This document shows, in pieces, positions 56,829 to 64,000 of a DNA stretch of 64,000 nt. Location: the NCBI GenBank assembly GCA_039590175.1, contig JBDHFW010000006.1:23403-87402 (forward strand). The letters run 5' to 3'. The notes under the pieces were generated by a model, which saw only the letters and a list, made by a program, of their open reading frames with translations, was not told the origin of the DNA and made no database searches. Position 1 is the stretch's first letter. Every line of letters begins with the position of its first letter. This DNA is from Gemmatimonadota bacterium (GTDB lineage: Bacteria > Gemmatimonadota > Gemmatimonadetes > Palauibacterales > Palauibacteraceae). The position numbers and the translations under genes are program-made.

Positions 56829-59644
56829 ACGTTGGCGTGCGCCGCCGCCAGGCGAGCGACCGGGATGCGAGGCGGCGAGCAGGAGACGTAGTCCAGACCG
56901 ATCTCGTGGCAGAATCGGATCGAGCCGGGATGGCCGCCGTGCTCGCCGCAGATCCCTACCTCCAGATCGGGCTTCTTCGTCCTGGCCCACTTCACCGTGA
57001 CGGCCATCAGCCGTCCCAGTCCCATCCGATCCAGGACCTCGAACGGGTTGTCCTGAAGGATCCCGCGCTCGTTGTAGAGCGGCAGGAACTTCGTCTCGGC
57101 GTCCTCCCTGCTGAACGAGAACGTGGCCTGCGTGAGGTCGTTGGTCCCGAAGGAGAAGAAATCCGCCACCTCGGCCAGGCTCTCCGCCCGCAGGCAGGCT
57201 CGGACGACCTCGATCATCGTGCCGAACTCGAAGTCGATCTCCACCCCGTAGTCCCCCTTCACGGCGGCTTCGGCCTCTTCCACGTAGCGTTTCACCCGCA
57301 CTAGCTCCTGGGACGTGCACACCTGCGGAACCATGATCTGGGGATGCACCTCGACCCCCTCCTTGAGGCATTCCGCCGCTGCCTCGAGGACGGCTCTGAC
57401 CTGCATCTGGTAGATCTCCGGATAGGTGAGGCCCAAGCGCACGCCGCGATGTCCCAGCATCGGGTTGGTCTCGCGCAGCGCCTGCGCACCGCGTAGCAAG
57501 GCCTCCTTCCGAGCGATCACCCGGTCGACGCGCCGCACGTCGATCAGCTCTTTCGCGCCATCTGAAAAAGCGACCTCTGCCTCCGGCTCGTCCGCCTCCA
57601 ACACCCGCATGGTGCTCGTCAGCACGTCCATGCCGCGCAGCGCGTCACGAAGCCGATGTAGATGGAGGATCTCCTCTTCCAGCCTCTCCTGGGAGGGGAG
57701 GAACTCGTGGAGCGGCGGATCCAGGAGTCGAATCGTCACCGGCCGGGGAGACATCGCCTCGAAGATCCCGCGAAAATCGGCGCGCTGCATCGGCAGGAGC
57801 CGAGCCAGGGCCGCGGCCCGCTGCTCATCGTCCTCCGCAACGATCATATCCAGGACGATCGGAAGCCGCTCGGGCGCGTTGAACATCCGCTCGGTCCGAC
57901 AGAGACCGATGCCCATCGCTCCGAACCTGATCGCTCGAGAGGCGTCTTCGGGTGTGTCCGCGTTGGCCATCACATCCAACCTGGCCGCTTCGTCGGCCCA
58001 GGAAAGCAGCGTCTCCAACTCCTCGGAGAATTCGGCCTCGACGGTCGGGATCTCACCGAGATAGACGTGGCCCGTCGCTCCGTCGAGCGTGATGATGTCG
58101 CCCTCTTTCACCACCATCTCGCCGGCGATCGCCTGGGCGCGCTCCTCGTCGACCATGAGGCCTTCCGCTCCGGCCACACAAGGTTTCCCCATCCCGCGGG
58201 CGACGACGGCGGCGTGCGAAGTGCCCCCACCTCGGCCCGTGAGGACGCCCTCGGCGGCGAAGAAGCCGTGGATGTCCTCCGGTTTCGTCTCCTCCCGAAC
58301 CAAGATCAGCTTCCTCCCCTGCCGTCCGAGCAGCTCGGCGCGATCCGCGTCGAACACGACCTCTCCGCAGGCGGCGCCGGGCGAGGCGGCGAGCCCCGTG
58401 GCCAGGGGGCTCCCGTCATAGTCCGGGTCGATCCTGGCGTAGAGGATCTGCTCGAGATCCTCCGGCGTCACGCGAAGGAGCGCCCCTTCCCGGCTGATCA
58501 GGCCCTCTTCCACCATCTCGACCGAGGTCCTCACGCGTGCGCTCGCATTCATCTTCCCGTCGCGCGTCTGCAGGCAGTACAGCGTGCCGCGCTCGTTCGT
58601 GAACTCGAAGTCCTGTACCTCGCGGTAGTGCTCCTCCAGCTTCCGCCGAAGGTCCTGGAGCTGCGCGTACATCTCGGATGCTTCCGTGGCCATCTCGCGG
58701 ATCGGCTTTGGCGTCCGGATCCCGGCCACCACGTCCTCGCCCTGGGCGTTGGCCAGGTACTCGCCGTAGAGCTCGTTCTCGCCCGTGCCGGGGTCCCGGG
58801 TGAAGGCCACGCCCGTCGAGCAGTCGGATCCCATGTTCCCGAAGACCATCGCGACGACGTTGGCCGCCGTGCCGTTGGCCATCTCGGAGGTGATTCCGAA
58901 CTCGCGGCGGTAATCCACGGCTCGGCGCCCCATCCAGGAGTCGAACACGGCCTTGATCGCGACCTCGAGCTGCTCGTAGGGATCGCTTGGAAACGGACGC
59001 CCGGTGTGCTTGCGCACGACCTGGAGGAAGCGCCGCACGATCTCCTCGAGGTCCTCGGCCTGCAGATCCACATCGGCGGCGGCGCCGGCCAGCTCCTTCA
59101 CGGAATCGAACTGCTCGTCGAAGTGCTCATCCTCGATGCCGAGGGCAACCTTCCCGAAGAGCTGGATGAGGCGGCGATAGGCGTCGTAACCGAACCGCTG
59201 ATCGCCGGTCTGCTCGATCAGCCCGCCCAGACTCTCCTCGTTGAGTCCGAGATTGAGGATGGTGTCCATCATCCCCGGCATGGACATGGCCGAGCCCGAG
59301 CGCACCGAAACGAGAAGCGGATCGTCGGCACCTCCGAAGCGCCTTCCCGTCGCCGCCTCCAGTCGAGCCATCTGCTCCCGCGCCTGATCCATGACTCCGG
59401 CCGGCAGAGCGCCCTCCCGGGATTCCAGGTAGGCGAGGCAGGCTTCCGTAGTCACCACGAAGCCCGGCGGCACGTTGATGCCGATCCGGGTCATCTCGCA
59501 GAGGTTGGCGCCCTTTCCGCCCAGAAGGCGCTTGTCCGTCCCGTCTCCCTCGGCGAACGACCATATCCACGTGGTACCTCCCGGCCGCGCCGTCTTGTGC
59601 GCCCTATCCGCCATCGAGGTCGTCTCGATCGTCTTTTCGGTCAT
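56810..59644 (-). CDS. ppdK: Pyruvate, phosphate dikinase
   Basis: LLGGKGANLCEM, RSGSAMSMPGMMDTILNLG, GGGTSHAAVVARGMGKPCV and the C-terminal PEP-utilising domain ICGEHGG. About 944 aa. Confidence 0.9.
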   Translation of the reverse strand: MTEKTIETTSMADRAHKTARPGGTTWIWSFAEGDGTDKRLLGGKGANLCEMTRIGINVPPGFVVTTEACLAYLESREGALPAGVMDQAREQMARLEAATGRRFGGADDPLLVSVRSGSAMSMPGMMDTILNLGLNEESLGGLIEQTGDQRFGYDAYRRLIQLFGKVALGIEDEHFDEQFDSVKELAGAAADVDLQAEDLEEIVRRFLQVVRKHTGRPFPSDPYEQLEVAIKAVFDSWMGRRAVDYRREFGITSEMANGTAANVVAMVFGNMGSDCSTGVAFTRDPGTGENELYGEYLANAQGEDVVAGIRTPKPIREMATEASEMYAQLQDLRRKLEEHYREVQDFEFTNERGTLYCLQTRDGKMNASARVRTSVEMVEEGLISREGALLRVTPEDLEQILYARIDPDYDGSPLATGLAASPGAACGEVVFDADRAELLGRQGRKLILVREETKPEDIHGFFAAEGVLTGRGGGTSHAAVVARGMGKPCVAGAEGLMVDEERAQAIAGEMVVKEGDIITLDGATGHVYLGEIPTVEAEFSEELETLLSWADEAARLDVMANADTPEDASRAIRFGAMGIGLCRTERMFNAPERLPIVLDMIVAEDDEQRAAALARLLPMQRADFRGIFEAMSPRPVTIRLLDPPLHEFLPSQERLEEEILHLHRLRDALRGMDVLTSTMRVLEADEPEAEVAFSDGAKELIDVRRVDRVIARKEALLRGAQALRETNPMLGHRGVRLGLTYPEIYQMQVRAVLEAAAECLKEGVEVHPQIMVPQVCTSQELVRVKRYVEEAEAAVKGDYGVEIDFEFGTMIEVVRACLRAESLAEVADFFSFGTNDLTQATFSFSREDAETKFLPLYNERGILQDNPFEVLDRMGLGRLMAVTVKWARTKKPDLEVGICGEHGGHPGSIRFCHEIGLDYVSCSPPRIPVARLAAAHANVQSATR

Positions 59645-59756
59645 CGCGCTTGGTCCCTTATATTGGCCGGCCTTGTGACGACATCCGCCGCTCACGGCTC
59701 TCAATGAGAGTAGTAGCATGCGGGATCAAATATATCCATGACAGTGGAGGAACTCG

Positions 59757-59870
59757 TATGCAACGGAAACACGTCGTCGTCATCGGATCCAGCTTCGCCG
59801 GCTATACACGTGCGCTCGAGGCATTGGGCGGAGGTGGCGTTCGAGAAGTACTTCATGGCCACCCGTAAGC
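59757..59870 (+). pseudogene. Possible 37-codon remnant of an FAD/NAD(P)-binding oxidoreductase
   Basis: MQRKHVVVIGSSFAGYTRALEALGGGGVREVLHGHP then stop. VVVIGSSFAG is a Rossmann GxGxxG dinucleotide-binding start. Nothing follows in any frame. Confidence 0.25.
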
Positions 59871-59932
59871 GCGGCCGGGTGTAGGGCCGCAGAGGGACGT
59901 CCGAGGCTCGAGCGCTTCGCCGGGCCTCGGTT

Positions 59933-61024
59933 CTACCCTCCGCCCAAACAGGGCGACCAGGCCGGGAAGTAGTCGTTGGCCGGATGGTCGGTCAGGTTCA
60001 CGGCGGGAGCTCCATCCATGCCCACGACGAACACGTCGGCCTGCTCGTTCGGAATCGCCGTGTAGGCGACTCGGTCCCACCGGGGAGAGGGAGAGCTGAC
60101 CCCACCTGCCCCCGCGTCGCTGGCCAACGTCTGCTCATCGAGCGTGTCGAGGTCGATGACGAACACCCGCCCGCGACCCTCGGCCCCTTCTCCGAGGAGC
60201 ACGGACCGCTGGCCCGGGGACCAGCCATGAGGCTCGCCGGGTCCGGTGGCGATCTGCTGCGGCTCGCCTTCGATCGTGCTCACGATGAACACGGCGCGCC
60301 CTTCGGCGAACGCCACCATCCGACCCGCGGGCGCCCAGACCGGCCTGAACATCCGGTAGGCCCGCGATCCGGAGACCTCCACGACCGCCTGCTCCTCCCG
60401 CCCATCAGAGGTCACGACCCGAAGCGACGTCTCGTCGCCTCTTCTGGCGGCAAAGGCGATCATCTCTCCGTCGGCCGACCATTCCGGGAACATGTAGTTC
60501 CCTTCGACCTCGGTCAGCTTCTGCCACGCGCCCCCATCCAGCTCGGCGACGTAGACCGACGTGGCCCCGCCCGTCTCCAGGGCCGACGCGAACGCCACCC
60601 GGAGCCCGTCCGGTGACCAGGAGAACCCCATGGAGATCGGGTAGGCGCCGTGTCTCACCAGGTCGCTGCCGTCCGGCTTCACCGTGTAGAGAAAGGCGTG
60701 GAACCTCAGAGCCGAGAACGGCTCGAACAGCTTTTCGTCTTCCGAAGTCACGGAGAGAAAGGCGATCCGCTCCCCGTCCGGCGACCACTCGACCTGAAGC
60801 GCCCCGGGCACGGACACCACCAGCTCCGGATCACCGCCATCGGGACTGATGACGTAGATCCCGGGCGCTTCTGTCCGATCCGACGAGAAGGCGATCAGGG
60901 TCCGGCAGTCCCGGCTGCCCGCCGAAACCCGAGAGCTCTCCTCGGCCTGAGCGCGCACATCGCCCGGCGTCGTCGCGGCGTCAATGACCGCCGCAAGCGC
61001 GAGGATTCTCCCGATTCGTACCAC
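59933..61024 (-). CDS. Secreted PD40/WD40-like beta-propeller repeat protein (TolB-like)
   Basis: Repeated FSSDRTEAPGIYVISPDGG, WSPDGERIAF, WSPDGLRVAF, FPEWSADGEMIAFA, PAWSP motifs. Signal-like N-terminus ILALAAVIDAATTPGDVRAQA. The start is approximate. Confidence 0.7.
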   Translation of the reverse strand: MVRIGRILALAAVIDAATTPGDVRAQAEESSRVSAGSRDCRTLIAFSSDRTEAPGIYVISPDGGDPELVVSVPGALQVEWSPDGERIAFLSVTSEDEKLFEPFSALRFHAFLYTVKPDGSDLVRHGAYPISMGFSWSPDGLRVAFASALETGGATSVYVAELDGGAWQKLTEVEGNYMFPEWSADGEMIAFAARRGDETSLRVVTSDGREEQAVVEVSGSRAYRMFRPVWAPAGRMVAFAEGRAVFIVSTIEGEPQQIATGPGEPHGWSPGQRSVLLGEGAEGRGRVFVIDLDTLDEQTLASDAGAGGVSSPSPRWDRVAYTAIPNEQADVFVVGMDGAPAVNLTDHPANDYFPAWSPCLGGG

Positions 61025-61257
61025 GTGACGCTGCTCTCTGGCGTGGAGGTTCGATTCAGACTCGCCTGTCGCTCCGAAGGTAGAGGGCCGGGCTCCCAAA
61101 CTCTACTGCGCCCCTCTCAGCAAGACGCCGAGGAATCGCTATATTCTAATGACATTCTGATCCTTCGCTGGAAGCGTCGCTCGAAGTGCCAGTAAGGGCG
61201 CTCAATCCCCGACCCACCGGCGGACGACACCAAGACATAAGCAAGGCGGAGATCCAT

Positions 61258-62967
61258 ATGGCGACAGCTACACCTGCACCTACTGGTGGGGAGACGGAGG
61301 CTTCGGCGACCTCCGGCAAGACGGCGGAGTGGAAGGGGCTCGCCCCCGGCGTCGTGATCAACGCGGCAGCGTGGACGGAACAGGCCGAGCGTGTTCTGAC
61401 CCCGGGCGCGGTCTCCCTGATCGCGGGTCTTCACGGCGCTCTGCAGGAGGAACGACAGGAGCTGCTCCGGGTGCGAGCCGAGCGGCAGCGGAGCTTCGAC
61501 GAGGGCGCCGTGCCGGAGTACGTCGAGGGTGACGCGGCCGAGCGCGCGCGAGGCGATTGGACGGTCGCCCCTCTGCCCGACGATCTTCTCGTCCGGCGAG
61601 TGGAGATCACCGGCCCGATCAGCGACGCGAAGATGGTGATCAACATGCTGAGCCGGACGGCAGCGGGCATGCGGGCAGACGCCGCGATGCTCGACTTCGA
61701 GGACTCGATGAAGCCGTCGTGGCCGAATGTCATGCAGGGCGTCGAGAACCTGATCGGAGCGGCGGGCGGCACTCTCACCTTCGTGAAGCCGGCCGCCGGT
61801 GACCAACCGGAGAAGCTCTACGCGCTAGACCCCGACGACATGCCTATCCTCATGGTTCGGTGCCGGGGGCTGCACCTCGACGAAGCGAACTTGCAGGTGG
61901 ATGGCGAGCCGGTCTCCGGAGGGCTGATGGACCTCGCGCTCTCCACCTTCCACACAGCCCGCAAGCTCCTGGCCCAGGGCAAGACGCCCAAGTACTACGT
62001 GCCCAAGGTCGAGCACTACCTGGAAGCGCGGTGGTGGAACCGGCTCCTCACGCTCTTGGAGAAGGAGCTGGGCCTCCCGATCGGGACGCTGCGCGCCACC
62101 TTCCTCATCGAGACCCTGCCGGCGGCATTCCAGATGGAGGAGATCCTCTACGAGCTCCGTGACCACGCGGCCGGCCTCAACGTGGGACGCTGGGACAAGA
62201 TCTTCAGCGACATCAAGGTCCTGAAGGAGCACTCGGACCGCGTCATGGCCGACCGGGGCTCCATCTCGCTGAACCGCCCGTGGATGAAGAACTACGCCAT
62301 GCGGCTCATCAAGATCTGCCACCGGCACGGGGCGTTCGCCATGGGCGGCATGGCGGCGTTCACGCCCGGCGGCACCCGGGAGCTGAGAGAGGAGCAGACC
62401 CGCAAGGTCGTCGAGGACAAGGAGTTCGAGTTCAGCCTCGGCCACGACGGGTGCTGGGTCTCCCACCCCTACTTTATCGGCCCCGCCATGGCTGCCTTCC
62501 CGCGAGAGAACCAGCTCGAGATCATGCCCGACGTCGACGACCGACCCGAGCTTCTGCCGGAGTCCACCCCTCCGAAGACGATCGATGGGCTGCGCAAGAA
62601 CGTGCGCGTAGGCATCGGCTACCAGAAGGGCTGGAATCAGGACATAGGCTGCGTGGCCTGGGACGACTTGATGGAGGACCTGGCGACGCTGGAGATCTCT
62701 CGAGCGCAGACGTGGCAATGGCTGCGTCACCAGGTGGAGCTCGAGGACGGCCCGCGGGTGACCCGAGAGCTCGTCGGAGAGGTCTTCCGTGAGGAGCTCG
62801 AGAAGATCGAAGACGAGATTCGCGCGGCGATGCAAGGCCGCCCGGAGGCGTCTGTGCAGGCCGAGATCTCCCGCTATGCCGCGGCCGCCGCCGACGCGCA
62901 GGCGGTCTTTATGGAAGAGGAGTTTCGGCCTTTCCTTTGCATGAGTTCGGATTTGGTCGATATGTGA
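61258..62967 (+). CDS. aceB: Malate synthase A
   Basis: MLDFEDSMKPSW, GTLRATFLIETLPAAFQMEEILYELRDHAAGLNVGRWDKIFS and HDGCWVSHP are malate synthase catalytic motifs (R, E, D). Confidence 0.9.
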   Translation: MATATPAPTGGETEASATSGKTAEWKGLAPGVVINAAAWTEQAERVLTPGAVSLIAGLHGALQEERQELLRVRAERQRSFDEGAVPEYVEGDAAERARGDWTVAPLPDDLLVRRVEITGPISDAKMVINMLSRTAAGMRADAAMLDFEDSMKPSWPNVMQGVENLIGAAGGTLTFVKPAAGDQPEKLYALDPDDMPILMVRCRGLHLDEANLQVDGEPVSGGLMDLALSTFHTARKLLAQGKTPKYYVPKVEHYLEARWWNRLLTLLEKELGLPIGTLRATFLIETLPAAFQMEEILYELRDHAAGLNVGRWDKIFSDIKVLKEHSDRVMADRGSISLNRPWMKNYAMRLIKICHRHGAFAMGGMAAFTPGGTRELREEQTRKVVEDKEFEFSLGHDGCWVSHPYFIGPAMAAFPRENQLEIMPDVDDRPELLPESTPPKTIDGLRKNVRVGIGYQKGWNQDIGCVAWDDLMEDLATLEISRAQTWQWLRHQVELEDGPRVTRELVGEVFREELEKIEDEIRAAMQGRPEASVQAEISRYAAAAADAQAVFMEEEFRPFLCMSSDLVDM

Positions 62968-63073
62968 ACCCGTAGCCCGCAGCCCGCCGGCGCGCGACGC
63001 CCACCACAGGCAGGATCGCCGGGACGACAAGTAACCCATTCCCTGGCAAGGACATCACGAGCCGGAGAGCGAG

Positions 63074-64000
63074 ATGATCATGGTGGCCAACCCCGTAAAG
63101 GAATTGGTGAAGGACTGGCGAGACAACCCGCGCTGGGAAGGGATCAATCGTCCCTACTCGGCGGAAGACGCGATCCGACTGCGCGGCAGCGTGAAGGTCG
63201 AGTACACGCTGGCCAAGCTCGGGGCCGAGAAGCTGTGGAAGCACATGCAGGAAGAGCCGTACGTCTGCGCCCTCGGCGCGGTCACCGGCAACCAGGCGAT
63301 GCAGCAGGTAAAGGCCGGCCTGAAGGCCATCTACTGCTCCGGTTGGCAGGTTGCGGCCGATGCCAACCTGGCCGCCGCGACCTACCCGGACCAGTCCCTT
63401 TATCCCGCCGACTCGGTCCCGGCACTCGTTCAACGCATCAACAACGCGCTCCAGAGAGCGGATCAGATCCACTTCGCGGAGGGCGACACCAGCGTGGACT
63501 GGTTTCAGCCGATCGTCGCCGACGCAGAGGCCGGTTTCGGCGGCCTTCTGAACGCGTTCGAGCTTATGAAGGCGATGATCGCGGCCGGCGCGGCCGGGGT
63601 GCACTTTGAGGACCAGCTCTCATCGGCAAAGAAGTGCGGACACATGGGCGGCAAGGTGCTCGTTCACACCTCGCACGCCGTGGAAAAGCTGATCTCGGCT
63701 CGGCTTGCCGCGGATGTGCTGGGGGTCCCGACCCTCGTGATCGCCCGAACCGACGCGAACGCCGCCGGGTTGCTGACGATCGACGTGGATGAGCGTGACC
63801 GCGAGTTCATCGTCGACGACGAGCGAACGCCCGAAGGGTTCTTCCGGGTGCGACCGGGTATCGACCAGGCGATCGCCCGCGGCCTGGCCTATGCGCCGCA
63901 CGCCGACGTGGTCTGGTGCGAGACCGCGCACCCGGACCTGGAGGAGGCGGGGCGCTTCGCCGAAGCGATCCATGACGGGTTTCCCGGAAAGCTGCTCGCG
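63074..64000 (+). CDS. aceA: Isocitrate lyase, partial; the C-terminus runs past the window end
   Basis: Manual translation gives [39 protein letters not shown]...[11 protein letters not shown]...[22 protein letters not shown]...[16 protein letters not shown] is the ICL signature. Absent from the ORF track because there is no in-window stop. Confidence 0.9.
   Translation, partial: MIMVANPVKELVKDWRDNPRWEGINRPYSAEDAIRLRGSVKVEYTLAKLGAEKLWKHMQEEPYVCALGAVTGNQAMQQVKAGLKAIYCSGWQVAADANLAAATYPDQSLYPADSVPALVQRINNALQRADQIHFAEGDTSVDWFQPIVADAEAGFGGLLNAFELMKAMIAAGAAGVHFEDQLSSAKKCGHMGGKVLVHTSHAVEKLISARLAADVLGVPTLVIARTDANAAGLLTIDVDERDREFIVDDERTPEGFFRVRPGIDQAIARGLAYAPHADVVWCETAHPDLEEAGRFAEAIHDGFPGKLLA

Noticed and set aside
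57662-59707. 681-aa plus-strand ORF
   Set aside because: It is antisense to ppdK, which is unambiguous, and its composition is Gly/Arg/Leu-biased.

Overview
This window is a 64-kb, densely coding segment of a high-GC (roughly 68-70%) bacterial chromosome with about 55 genes. No rRNA, tRNA, CRISPR array, transposase or integrase was seen.

Main content, in order along the window:
- Housekeeping genes near the start: mtnA-apaG, an NAD(P)H-hydrate epimerase, a GlsB/YeaQ-type membrane protein.
- A tandem pair of paralogous membrane-anchored Gly-rich proteins (6029-8169).
- A long minus-strand island of catabolic genes (11214-25076). It comprises a nucleotidyltransferase, amidase, acyl-CoA dehydrogenase-like protein, cyclase, FAD oxidoreductase, acyl-CoA ligase, NCS1 nucleobase permease, and a second xanthine-dehydrogenase-family CoxS/L/M-like enzyme. 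A frameshifted Cys/Met-metabolism PLP enzyme sits at its upstream end.
- A PadR regulator plus a DUF4242 gene with palindromic operators between them, and a CoxG-like SRPBCC gene.
- A MacAB-like ABC efflux operon with adaptor, ATPase and two FtsX permeases.
- A canonical form I aerobic CO dehydrogenase cluster coxM-coxS-coxL carrying the AYRCSFR active-site signature. It is followed by an XdhC/CoxI-like maturation factor with a C-terminal YHS (copper-binding) domain, then coxD (MoxR AAA ATPase) and coxE (VWA protein).
- Secreted enzymes: an alpha/beta hydrolase, an M1 aminopeptidase, an S8 subtilase, a selenium-binding-protein-family lipoprotein, a TonB, and a PD40 beta-propeller protein.
- A membrane JAMM/MPN+ metalloprotease-like protein next to a 1.15-kb low-GC noncoding region. 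That region holds DnaA-box-like motifs, tandem repeats and a strong hairpin.
- A MATE efflux pump, a class III aminotransferase, pyruvate phosphate dikinase (ppdK), and the glyoxylate shunt genes aceB and aceA (aceA runs off the window end).

Several genes show apparent single-base frameshifts or a missing stop codon. These are either assembly indel errors or pseudogenes.

The supplied ORF track writes GTG/TTG starts as M. Many long ORFs in it are antisense or alternate-frame artefacts of the high GC content.

All family assignments come from motif and sequence recognition by eye. No database search was run.
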